From Candidatus Latescibacterota bacterium (GTDB lineage Bacteria > Latescibacterota > UBA2968 > GCA-2709665), in the NCBI GenBank assembly GCA_965116875.1, contig OZ220733.1:736001-800000 (forward strand): a stretch of DNA of 64,000 nt, read 5' to 3'. A model generated the notes under the pieces. The model ran no database searches. It was given only the letters and a program-made list of their open reading frames with translations, and was not told where the DNA came from. The translations under genes and the position numbers were made by a program. Within the stretch, counting starts at the first letter, position 1. Every line of letters starts with the position of its first letter. Below are positions 52,644-62,368 of this stretch, piece by piece.

Positions 52644-55600
52644 CTACCCCGACGTGCCGAAAGCATCCACGAACTCGAAGAAGTCCGCAAAGTTCACGAT
52701 GCCGTTGTCGTCGAGGTCGTATTTGGCGTCCGTGGTGCCGAAGGCGTCCACGAAGTCGAAGAAGTCGGCAAAGTTTACGATGCCGTCGCCGTTGAAATCT
52801 GCGGTCTTCTGTCCCTGCGGCTGGCTGCAGTCCGGCAAATTGAGCTTGTCCATGTCATGTCTGGAAATTTCCCTCAATGCAGGGGGAATGCAACCTGTCA
52901 GCGAGTTACCTGCGAGATACAGCAGACCCAATCTGGCAAGGCCGCCAAGTGTCGAGGGTATGGATCCGGTCAGCCTGTTGTCGTCCAGGCGCACCTCCTG
53001 CAGCAGACTCAGATTTCCCAGTTCCGCGGGGATCGTACCGGTAAACCGGTTGCCGAATATGAGCAGTTGCCACAGTTCGGTCAGGTTGCCCAACTCTGTT
53101 GGGATTGCGCCGGTCAACTGGTTCTCGTAGAGGTTCAGTATCTGCAAGCGGCGCAGGGTACCTACCCATGACGGGATATTACCGGTCAACCCATTGATCT
53201 GAAGGGCCAACTTTCGCAGGTTGGTCAGGTTTCTCAGCTCCGCCGGGATGGTACCGGTCAACAGGTTGCTCGGAAGAACCAGATGGGTCAGGCCGGTCAT
53301 CGAACCCAGTTCCGCAGGTATGGTCCCGGTCAACTGGTTGTAGCCAAATTGCAGGGCGTTCAGGCCGGTCAGGCGGCTCAACCCGGCCGGTATCGTCCCG
53401 TTCAAACCCTTGTTCCAGAGTCTCAAATTCGTGACGCGTTGGGGCGTACCGCTGATTGTGACACCGTCCCACGTCGCAATCGCAGTATTCTCCGACCAGT
53501 TCAGCGTCGCTGTCCCTCTCAGGGGATCCCGCGCCTCCAACAGCACATTGCAGTCGGAGACCAGCCACGGATTGGCGGCAGGGTTGGGTACAGCGCTTCC
53601 GGTCGCGCACGGGCCCTGCGGCGCCGGAGGCGTGGGAGCGGGGGCAACCGCGAGGGCCAGACCGGATGGATTGGACAGACCGTCGGCTCTGGCCACGAGG
53701 TCTTCGACATTCGACCCGTCGAGGTTGGCGCGCTGAATCTTTGCAAAGCCGCCGTTGGTCCAATACATCTTGGCGCCCGCCAGATCCAGCACGAGTTCGT
53801 AGGGTTTATCCAGACCGCGGGTAATCAGGTCTTCGACATTCGATCCGTCGAGGTTGGCGCGCTGAATCTTGTCTGCGTTCAAGTTCGTCCAATACATCTT
53901 GCCGTGCACCACGTCCAGCGCCAGGCCGCTGGGACCGTCCACACCACTGGTGATGAGGTCTTCAACATTCGAGCCGTCAAGGTTTGCACGCTGAATCTTG
54001 TGCCAGGACGAATCCGTCCAGTACATCTTGCCGTTCGTGACGTCCAGTGACAGCCCGCCTGGACTGTTCAAATTGCGGGTGACGAGGTCTTCGACATTGG
54101 AGCCATCGAGGTTGGCGCGCTGGATCCTGTCCGTGCCCCAGTCCGTCCAGTAGAGCTTACCGCCGGGCACGTCCAGCGCCAGCCAGACCGGTGCCCGACC
54201 GCTGGTGACCACGTTTTCAATATTCGATCCGTCGAGGTTGGCGCGTTTGATCTTGTTTCTTTCCCATTCCGTCCAATACATCTTGCCGCCATCCACGTCC
54301 AGCACCAGCCCGACCGGCCCATCCAGTCCGTCGGTTTCGGTGACCAGGTCTTCGACATTGGAGCCATCGAGGTTGGCGCGCTGAATCTTGTCTTTGCTCG
54401 CGTCCGTCCAATAAAGCTCCGGATTCGCCTGCGGTTCGTTCACATCGGTCAGGTTGATCGTCACGTCTATCGTGGCACTGCCGCCCTGGCCGTCGGACAC
54501 CCGCACCGTCACCTCGTAGCGGTTCTTCACGTCGTAGTCGTAGATGACGCCCGTTTTGGTCTGCAACTGGCCGCTGGTTGAGACGAGGACGAAACTCGCG
54601 GCATCCGTACCCTCCAGGCTGTAGGAGAGTGTTCCACCGTCGCCATCCGTCGCACGAATCGGGCCGCCGACGTTCTGTCCCGCTGGCGTATTCTCTGCGA
54701 AGCTGCGCGTTGTGCTGGCGCCTTCGCTGAACGTCGGTACCTGATTCGTCTCTCCGCCTACCTCCGCGGTAACCGGCAACTGCGCCGTCAGCGACGCCCC
54801 ACTGTAATTCGCGATTGCCCCGGCGCCCACCGTGAACGTCAGCGTGCCGTCGGTGTCAATGTCGCCGTTAAAGGTCAGCGTGACTGTCACCTTCGTGTCG
54901 CTCGCACGCTGCACGCCGAACGTGCCGACGCTCACGCCGGTGATTCCTGAGACAGTCACACCACGCCGCACATCGAAAACCGAACTCGCGTACTTTCCTC
55001 CCGTAAGTGTCAATGTGACGACGCTGCCGTTCAGCGTCGCTTCCGTCAACGGAGACACCGTCGTCGCCGTCACCGATTCCATCCCCGCGGTAACCGGCAA
55101 CTGCGCCGTCAGCGACGCCCCGCTGTAGTTGGCGATGGCCCCCGCCGTCACCGTGAACGTCAACGCGCCGTCCGCGTCGATGTCACCGCTGAACGTAAGC
55201 TCAACCGTCACCTTCGTGTCGCTCGCACGCTGCACGCCGAACGTGCCAACGCTCACGCCGGTGATTCCTGAGACAGTCACACCACGCCGCACATCGAAAA
55301 CCGAACTCGCGTACTTTCCTCCCGTAAGAGTCAATGTCACGACACTGCCGTTCAGCGTCGCCTCGGTCAATGGAGACGGCGTCGACGCCGTCACAGATTC
55401 CATCCCCGCGCTCACCGGCAGTGTCGCGATGAGTGCGGGACCGCTGTAGTTCGCGATCGCGTCCGCGCCCACGGTGAACGTCAACGTGCCGTCCGCGTCG
55501 ATGTCGCCGTTGAAGTCCAGTTCAACCGTCACCTTCGTGTCGCTCACACGCTGGATACCGAACGTGCCCACGCTCACGCCCGTAATCCCCGATACGGACA

Positions 55601-57761
55601 CACCGCGCCGGACGTCGAAGATAGAACTCGCGTAGGAACGACCCGAAAGCGTGAGTGTCACAACGCTCCCGTTCAACGTCGCCTCCGTCAAGGACTGCGC
55701 CACTGTCGCAACAACGGTTTCCTCCAGGGCAACTACATGTACCTGGTCCGTAAGCGCGGGACCGCTGTAGTTCGCGAGTGCCCCCGCGCCCACGGTGAAT
55801 GTCAACGTGCCGTCCGCGTCGATGTCGCCGTTGAAGTCCAGTTCAACCGTCACCTTCGTGTCGCTCACACGCTGCACCCCGAAAGTGCCTACGCTCACGC
55901 CGGTAATTCCCGACACCGACACCCCGTCGCGGACGTCGAAAGTGGAACTCGCGTATCTCGCCCCGGTAAGCGTCAACGTCACCACGCTCCCGTCCAGTGT
56001 TGCCTCCGTCAATGGCGAAACCGTTGTAGCGGTAACCGATTCCATCGCCGCGGCCACTGACAGTTGTGCCGAGAGCGCGGGCCCGTTATAATTCGCGAGT
56101 GCCCCCGCGCCCACGGTGAACGTCAACGTACCGTCGCTGTCGATGTCGCCGTTGAAGTCCAGTTCAACCGTCACTTTCGTGTCGCTCACACGCTGCACCC
56201 CGAAAGTGCCTACGCTCACGCCGGTAATTCCCGACACCGACACCCCGTCGCGGACGTCGAAGGTAGAACTCGCGTATCTCGCCCCGGTAAGCGTCAACGT
56301 CACCACGCTCCCGTCCAGCGTTGCCTCCGTCAATGGCGAAACCGTTGTGGCGGTAACCGATTCCATCGCCGCGGCCACTGAAAGTTGTGCCGAGAGCGCG
56401 GGCCCGTTATAATTCGCGAGTGCCCCCGCGCCCACGGTGAACGTCAGCGTACCGTCGCTGTCGATGTCGCCGTTGAACGTCAGCTCAACCGTTACCACCG
56501 TATCACTCTTGCGCTGCACGCCGAACGTGCCCACACTCACACCCGCAATACCCGACACGGACACCGCATCTCGGACGTCGAAAATGGAACTCGTGTATTT
56601 TCCTCCGGTGAGCGTCAACGTTACCAGACTCCCGTTCAGCGTCGCTTCGGTTAACGGTGATGCCGTTGTTGCCGTCAACGTCTCCATGGCAGCACTTACC
56701 GGCAACTGCGCGGTCAGTGCGGACCCGGCGTAATTCGCGATCGCGTCCGCGCCCACCGAGAACGTCAACGTGCCGTCGCTGTCTATGTCGCCGTTGAACG
56801 TCAGCTCAACCGTTACCACCGTATCACTCTTCCGCTGCACGCCGAACGTGCCAACGCTCACACCGGCAATGCCCGATACGGACACACCGTCACGAACGTC
56901 GAAGATCGAGCTCTCATATGTGCCACCAGTCAGCGTAAGCGTCACCACGCTCCCATTCAGCGACGATTCGGTCAACGGCGACGTCGTCGTCGCCGTCACC
57001 GATTCCATCCCCGCGCTCACGGTCAACTCCGCGGTCAACGCGGCGCCGTTGTAGGACTCGATCGCGTCGGCGCCCACCGTAAACGTCAGCGTACCGTCGC
57101 TGTCGATGTCGCCGTTGAAATCCAGCTCAACCGTCACCCTGGAATCGCTCACGCGTTGCACGCCGAACGTGCCAACGCTCACACCGGCAATGCCCGATAC
57201 TGAAACGCCGTCACGAACGTCGAAGATCGAACTCTCGAAAGCTCGTCCGGAAAGCGTCAACGTCACCACGCTCCCGTCCAGCGTCGCTTCGGTCAACGGC
57301 GACACTGTCGATGCCTCCACCGTTTCTTCCACCGACGGGATAGACAAATCTCTCGTTAGCGCGGCGCCGTTGTAGGACGCGATGGCTCCCGCGCCAACCG
57401 TGAACGTGAGCGTTCCTTCTTCGTCGAAGTCTCCGTTGAAGTCCAGTTCTATCGTCAATTTGGTATCGCTTGCACGCGTTATCCCGAACGTCCCCACGCT
57501 AACGCCTGCAATCCCCGATACCGTTACCGCCCGACGGATGGAGAAGATAGACCGCTCGAAAGTACGCCCGGCAAGCGTCACGGTAACCTCGCTGCCATCC
57601 AGCGTCGCCTCGGTCAACGGACTTGACGTCGACACGGTGATCGACTCCTGAACCGCGGGAACGGGAACCTGGGCGTATCCCGAAACCGGCAGGGCGAATG
57701 CCGCCACAACGACTCCCAACGACATCAAGGCGAATCGCCAATTCTCAACTCTCCGTTTCAT
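52644..57761 (-). CDS. large secreted protein: nine 107-aa repeats + cadherin + YWTD propeller + LRR + dockerin-like
   Basis: SPLTEATL repeats; cadherin motifs (AEN, ATDGD, LTDVNE); six YWT repeats; L.G.IP.ELG LRRs; DFNGDGIVNFADFF pair. Confidence 0.88.
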   Translation of the reverse strand: MKRRVENWRFALMSLGVVVAAFALPVSGYAQVPVPAVQESITVSTSSPLTEATLDGSEVTVTLAGRTFERSIFSIRRAVTVSGIAGVSVGTFGITRASDTKLTIELDFNGDFDEEGTLTFTVGAGAIASYNGAALTRDLSIPSVEETVEASTVSPLTEATLDGSVVTLTLSGRAFESSIFDVRDGVSVSGIAGVSVGTFGVQRVSDSRVTVELDFNGDIDSDGTLTFTVGADAIESYNGAALTAELTVSAGMESVTATTTSPLTESSLNGSVVTLTLTGGTYESSIFDVRDGVSVSGIAGVSVGTFGVQRKSDTVVTVELTFNGDIDSDGTLTFSVGADAIANYAGSALTAQLPVSAAMETLTATTASPLTEATLNGSLVTLTLTGGKYTSSIFDVRDAVSVSGIAGVSVGTFGVQRKSDTVVTVELTFNGDIDSDGTLTFTVGAGALANYNGPALSAQLSVAAAMESVTATTVSPLTEATLDGSVVTLTLTGARYASSTFDVRDGVSVSGITGVSVGTFGVQRVSDTKVTVELDFNGDIDSDGTLTFTVGAGALANYNGPALSAQLSVAAAMESVTATTVSPLTEATLDGSVVTLTLTGARYASSTFDVRDGVSVSGITGVSVGTFGVQRVSDTKVTVELDFNGDIDADGTLTFTVGAGALANYSGPALTDQVHVVALEETVVATVAQSLTEATLNGSVVTLTLSGRSYASSIFDVRRGVSVSGITGVSVGTFGIQRVSDTKVTVELDFNGDIDADGTLTFTVGADAIANYSGPALIATLPVSAGMESVTASTPSPLTEATLNGSVVTLTLTGGKYASSVFDVRRGVTVSGITGVSVGTFGVQRASDTKVTVELTFSGDIDADGALTFTVTAGAIANYSGASLTAQLPVTAGMESVTATTVSPLTEATLNGSVVTLTLTGGKYASSVFDVRRGVTVSGITGVSVGTFGVQRASDTKVTVTLTFNGDIDTDGTLTFTVGAGAIANYSGASLTAQLPVTAEVGGETNQVPTFSEGASTTRSFAENTPAGQNVGGPIRATDGDGGTLSYSLEGTDAASFVLVSTSGQLQTKTGVIYDYDVKNRYEVTVRVSDGQGGSATIDVTINLTDVNEPQANPELYWTDASKDKIQRANLDGSNVEDLVTETDGLDGPVGLVLDVDGGKMYWTEWERNKIKRANLDGSNIENVVTSGRAPVWLALDVPGGKLYWTDWGTDRIQRANLDGSNVEDLVTRNLNSPGGLSLDVTNGKMYWTDSSWHKIQRANLDGSNVEDLITSGVDGPSGLALDVVHGKMYWTNLNADKIQRANLDGSNVEDLITRGLDKPYELVLDLAGAKMYWTNGGFAKIQRANLDGSNVEDLVARADGLSNPSGLALAVAPAPTPPAPQGPCATGSAVPNPAANPWLVSDCNVLLEARDPLRGTATLNWSENTAIATWDGVTISGTPQRVTNLRLWNKGLNGTIPAGLSRLTGLNALQFGYNQLTGTIPAELGSMTGLTHLVLPSNLLTGTIPAELRNLTNLRKLALQINGLTGNIPSWVGTLRRLQILNLYENQLTGAIPTELGNLTELWQLLIFGNRFTGTIPAELGNLSLLQEVRLDDNRLTGSIPSTLGGLARLGLLYLAGNSLTGCIPPALREISRHDMDKLNLPDCSQPQGQKTADFNGDGIVNFADFFDFVDAFGTTDAKYDLDDNGIVNFADFFEFVDAFGTSG
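54765..57650 (-). repeat. intragenic tandem array, 9 x 321 bp
   Basis: Shadow ORFs recur at 55795/56116/56437 (321-bp period); units 5/6 and 8/9 nearly identical. Confidence 0.9.
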
Positions 57762-57774
57762 AAGTCAGCATCCT

Positions 57775-60700
57775 CTATTCAAAGGTGCCCCTGGTGACGC
57801 GTCCGCTCTCGATGCTGCATCCGCCGGAAGAAACACAGGTATAACGGGTTCCATCCTGAAGCTCGATCAGACCGCCGTTCTGGAAGCTGAGTACGGCGCG
57901 CCCCCCACTGATTGTAAGGCTCGCATTCCGAATGAGCCTGGGCACGAAGAAGCCGGTGGGGAAGTTCGGAAGCACATCACCGACGCCGTAGGTTCCGCCG
58001 CTGCTGCTACCGCCTGAGGCGCCTATGGCCAGTCCCGACGGATCCACAAGCCCGTTGGAACTGGTGAGCAGGTCTTCGACGTTGGAGCCGTCCAGGTCCG
58101 CGCGCTGGACCTTGTCGGCATCCACGTCCGTCCAGTACATCTTGCCGCCGGACACGTCCAGGTCCAGCCCGTTCGGGCTCGTCAGGCCGCTGGTGACCAG
58201 GTCTTCCACGCTGGAACCATCCAGACCGGCGCGCTGGATCTTTTTTGTGCCGCGATCGGTCCAGTACATCTTGCTCCCGGACAGATCCAGGGCCAGGCCG
58301 GTGGGGCTGCTCAGTCCGCTGGTCACGAGGTCTTCCAGGTTGGCGCCGGTCAGGTCCGCACGCTGGATCTTGTCCGACCCGGGATTCGTCCAGTACATCT
58401 TGCCATTGGCCACGTCGAGTGCGATTTCACCAGGAAATGCCAGACCCGCCAGCGTGAGCAGGTCTTCAACGTTGGAACCGTCGAGGTCCGCGCGCTGGAT
58501 CTTGCCGTTCTGCCGGTCCGTCCAGTACATCTTGCCCCCGGACACATCGAGCGCCAGACCGTACGGCACGCTCAGGCCGCTGGTAATAAGGTCCTCGACG
58601 TTGGCGCCGTCCAGGTCGGCCCGCTGGATCTTTGCCGTACCCGCGTCCGTCCAGTACATCTTGCCACCGGCCATATCCAGGGCCAACCCGTCCGGGCCGT
58701 TGAGTCCGGCGCCGCTGACCAGATCCTCGACGTTCGAGCCGTCCAGGTCCGCGCGCTGGATCTTGTCCGTGCCCCAGTCCGTCCAGTACAGTTTCGACGT
58801 TCCCGTGGCGGGTGGCGTCGTCGCCGCAACAGTAATGCTCACCGCCGCGGAGCAGTTGTTTCCGGTATCGGATTCACCCGTTACCGCATCCACGCAGGCC
58901 CCGTAGTAGTAGGTGCCGGAATTCGATGGCGCCGTCAGGTCAATCGCCAAAGCCAGATCAATCGATCCGGGATTCCCTCCCGACGCCGCAAGGCCGTTCA
59001 CCGCGTCCGTTCCAACTTCCGTGTCGGACGTTGAGATGCTCGCGTCGACCGACATATAGTAGCGCAACGTCGTAGCCGCCGACATCTGATCGCCCTGGTT
59101 GCGAACTGACGCGCCCAGCCTGAAGGTGTCGCCGGCAGCCGGGCTGCTGTTGCTGACGAAAGGCGATACGACAACCAGGTCGGCACTGCCTCCACCCCCG
59201 CCGCCGGAACCGCCACCCCCGCCGCCAGACGCCGTCGCCAGGGCCAGACCCGACGGGTCCACCAGCCCGTTGGCTCCGGTTACCAGGTCTTCCACGTTGG
59301 AGCCGTCCAGGTTGGCGCGTTGAACCTTATTCGTGCCGGTGTCGGCCCAGTACATTTTCCCTCCGGACACGTCGAGAGCCAGGCCATTCGGTCGATTCAG
59401 GCCGCTGGTGACAAGGTCTTCGACATTGGCCCCACTGAGGTCCGACCGCTGGATCTTGTCCGAGCGCCGGTCCGTCCAGTACATCTTGCCGCCGGATATA
59501 TCAAGTGCGATCCCGGTCGGACTGTCTACGCCCCTGGTGACGAGGTCTTCGACTCCTGATCCATCCAGGTTGGACCGCTGAATCCTGTTCGCGCCCGGAT
59601 TGGTCCAGTACATCTTGCCGCCAGACACGTCCAGGGCCAGACCGCCGGGAAACGTCAGACCGCTGGTGATCAGGTCTTCCGCGTTGGCGCCGTTGAGGTC
59701 GGCACGTTGTATCTTGTTCGTCTGCCGGTTCGTCCAGTACATCTTGCCGCCAGACACGTCCAGGGCCAGACCGTACGGTATTCCCAGGCCCGTTACCAGG
59801 TCTTCCACGTTCCCGCCATTGAGATCAGCACGCTGGATCTTGTTGGCGCCCGCATCCGTCCAGTACATCTTGCCGCCTGCCATATCCAGCGCCAAACCGT
59901 CCGGCCCGTCCAGTCCGCCGCCGGAGACCAGGTCTTCCACCCCCGAGCCGTCCAGGTTGGCGCGCTGGATCTTGTCGGTTCCCCAGTCCGTCCAGTAGAG
60001 TTTGGACGCTCCAGGGGTGGGCGGTGGTGGCGCCGCAGCAACCGTCAGGGCAACGGCAGGCGAACAGTTGTTCCCCGTATTGGACTCGCCGGAAACCGCG
60101 TCGACACACGCGCCGTAGTAGTAGGTTCCCGAACTGGAAGGCGCCGTCAGGTTGATCGACTCTGCGCTGACGCCGCCGGCGGAGAGTCCGCTCACCGCGT
60201 CAGTGCCTGCTTGCGTGTCGCTGGTGTTCACTGTCGCGTCGGTCGAACGGTAGTAGCGCAAGGTCGTCGCGGCAGACGATCCGTTACCCTGGTTCCGGAC
60301 TGTCGCGCCAAGCGTAAAGGTCGCCCCGTGCGATACGCGACTGCTGCTCAGGGAGGGGGACTGAACGACCAGATCCGGGTTGCCGCTACCACCACCCCCA
60401 CCGCCCGGCGATGGCGGTGGACCTCCAAAGCTCTGCGCGAAGATCAGAAAATCCGTAAAGTCAACCGAACCATCGGAATTCAGGTCCTGTGCGGCATTGT
60501 ACCTCCCGTCGCCCTGCCGCGACCCGAACGCGCCCGCAAAAATCAGAAAGTCCGAAAATCCGACGAAATCATCGCCGTCGAAGTCTGGAGAGGGCGCCGA
60601 GTTAAACGTAACCTCACTGCTTGTCCTGAGTTCGTCGCTCGAGGTGGGACTTTCCGCGAGGGTAACCGACTCGATGCCAATGGCGAACTCCCGGCCGGTT

Positions 60701-61110
60701 ACGTCCGCAACGGTCGTAAACTCCGCACGCGCCAGAAACCCGGAAGCCGCCAGTGTGACGGGGCTTGACGCCGCCAGGTGGGTGCCGATGGAACCCTCCG
60801 GAAGCGACAGTGGGAACGCGCTGTTTTCGACCTCTTCATACGACACCAGCGAAGCGTCGAAGTCGAATTTCAGGATCATTCCGGCCAGGGACGTCCGCAC
60901 GCCGGTCGCGAATACCTCAACGGCGATGGTTGTGCCCCGACCGGAAACTGTTCCCGACGTGACCCCGTCATCCGTCCGGTTACCGGCGCCTCCACCGGGA
61001 ATCAGGTCAAGCGACAGGACGACATTGGCATTGGCGCCGGCGAAAGCCTGTCCGGAAACGACGACGACCGCGAGGGCGGCAATCAACAACAGAATCCGTT
61101 TGGGAAGCAT
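57775..61110 (-). CDS. cohesin-like + dockerin-like + (CARDB + YWTD propeller) x2
   Basis: IAVEVFATGVRTSLAGMILKFDFDASLVSY; DFDGDDFVGFSDF..DLNSDGSVDFTDF; twelve YWT/YWA repeats; AAGGAG RBS. Confidence 0.87.
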   Translation of the reverse strand: MLPKRILLLIAALAVVVVSGQAFAGANANVVLSLDLIPGGGAGNRTDDGVTSGTVSGRGTTIAVEVFATGVRTSLAGMILKFDFDASLVSYEEVENSAFPLSLPEGSIGTHLAASSPVTLAASGFLARAEFTTVADVTGREFAIGIESVTLAESPTSSDELRTSSEVTFNSAPSPDFDGDDFVGFSDFLIFAGAFGSRQGDGRYNAAQDLNSDGSVDFTDFLIFAQSFGGPPPSPGGGGGGSGNPDLVVQSPSLSSSRVSHGATFTLGATVRNQGNGSSAATTLRYYRSTDATVNTSDTQAGTDAVSGLSAGGVSAESINLTAPSSSGTYYYGACVDAVSGESNTGNNCSPAVALTVAAAPPPPTPGASKLYWTDWGTDKIQRANLDGSGVEDLVSGGGLDGPDGLALDMAGGKMYWTDAGANKIQRADLNGGNVEDLVTGLGIPYGLALDVSGGKMYWTNRQTNKIQRADLNGANAEDLITSGLTFPGGLALDVSGGKMYWTNPGANRIQRSNLDGSGVEDLVTRGVDSPTGIALDISGGKMYWTDRRSDKIQRSDLSGANVEDLVTSGLNRPNGLALDVSGGKMYWADTGTNKVQRANLDGSNVEDLVTGANGLVDPSGLALATASGGGGGGSGGGGGGSADLVVVSPFVSNSSPAAGDTFRLGASVRNQGDQMSAATTLRYYMSVDASISTSDTEVGTDAVNGLAASGGNPGSIDLALAIDLTAPSNSGTYYYGACVDAVTGESDTGNNCSAAVSITVAATTPPATGTSKLYWTDWGTDKIQRADLDGSNVEDLVSGAGLNGPDGLALDMAGGKMYWTDAGTAKIQRADLDGANVEDLITSGLSVPYGLALDVSGGKMYWTDRQNGKIQRADLDGSNVEDLLTLAGLAFPGEIALDVANGKMYWTNPGSDKIQRADLTGANLEDLVTSGLSSPTGLALDLSGSKMYWTDRGTKKIQRAGLDGSSVEDLVTSGLTSPNGLDLDVSGGKMYWTDVDADKVQRADLDGSNVEDLLTSSNGLVDPSGLAIGASGGSSSGGTYGVGDVLPNFPTGFFVPRLIRNASLTISGGRAVLSFQNGGLIELQDGTRYTCVSSGGCSIESGRVTRGTFE

Positions 61111-61256
61111 CGGGGAACACTCCTTTGTTTCGACGTCGATTTCATTCCGGCAACTCTACCGGGGTTGGGATTCGAATCTTGGCTCGCGACGTCGCGATTG
61201 AATCTCCTGCGCGTACGATGTCGACTGGATTCAGAATCGTGGAATTGCAGTCAGGC

Positions 61257-62066
61257 CTACTTCAACAACAGCATCCTCCTGGTCGCTGAGAAACTGCCCG
61301 CCTGTATCCGATACAGATAGATGCCGCTGGCCACGCGCCGGCCCAGCGCGTCCGTCCCGTCCCACGTCGCGGTAAAAGACCCGGCGTTTCTGCGTTCGTT
61401 CACCATGACGCGCACCTCCTGGCCGATCAGATTGTATATCGCCAGCCGAACCATTCCCGCCTCCGGCAACTGGTAGCCGATCGCGGTGGAGGGGTTGAAT
61501 GGGTTGGGCATATTCTGCTCCAGATTGAACCGATCCGGCAGCGGCTTCAGATCGCCGATTTCGGCGTGATGCAGCATGTCGACGGCACCATCCAGGCCCA
61601 CCAGAACGCTTTCCGATACCTGAAAGTCGGACGACAACGGCGTTGCGCTCGTCCTGAACACAAGCTCGACGAGCTTCCCGCCGCCACTGGCGCCCCGGCC
61701 GTCGATCTTCACCGCGCCAATATCCACCTGCCCCGGCGTCCGGTTCGACGAGAGGAACAGGGTCTCCTGACCGGAACCGGATTTCAGCAGGTTGCCGTCG
61801 AGTTCCGTGGCACTAACGAACTCATACTTCAAGGGATCGTATTGCAGCGAAAACCCGTATCCCTTCAGATCACTGGTCTGCGCCACCGACACGAGCATTT
61901 TCAGAACGCCACTTTCCGCGTCCGGATCGTTCACGCGCTCCAACTTGAGCGTAGCGCCGGAGTTCCGACCTCCGGTAATGGTCAGCCCGCGGGTCATGTC
62001 CCCGGCGAATACCTGGCCGATCAACACAAACGCCGCACAAACGGATGTAACGATTCGAGTCCACAT
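61257..62066 (-). CDS. cohesin-like domain + T9SS/FlgD-Ig C-terminal domain (269 aa)
   Basis: DLKGYGFSLQYDPLKYEFV...GGGKLVELVFR; LEQNMPNPFNPST..WDGTDALGRRVASGIYLYRI..RRMLLLK; AAGGAGG RBS; signal peptide. Confidence 0.85.
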   Translation of the reverse strand: MWTRIVTSVCAAFVLIGQVFAGDMTRGLTITGGRNSGATLKLERVNDPDAESGVLKMLVSVAQTSDLKGYGFSLQYDPLKYEFVSATELDGNLLKSGSGQETLFLSSNRTPGQVDIGAVKIDGRGASGGGKLVELVFRTSATPLSSDFQVSESVLVGLDGAVDMLHHAEIGDLKPLPDRFNLEQNMPNPFNPSTAIGYQLPEAGMVRLAIYNLIGQEVRVMVNERRNAGSFTATWDGTDALGRRVASGIYLYRIQAGSFSATRRMLLLK

Positions 62067-62368
62067 AACTACCTCCTTTTTGTCACCCGAACGGTGACGT
62101 GGTGAGTACTGCCGACCACGTGGCCTTGAATACCGGTTTTCCGATCCAAAGAACTCGGAATCCAGGAAACAAGCCTCTCGTCCAAAATCACGAACGTCGT
62201 TTATTGAAATCGAGCTCAATCCGGCATTCGTCAGAACAGGCACAATCTTACTCACTGACTCGCCAACGCCGGCCTGAATCCGGTATTGAGACTCCGACTT
62301 CATTTGCTCCCACCCTTGCCAGACGGGCGAGGTGTTCTGCCGAACGCCTCCTTCCGTTCCTCAATGGG

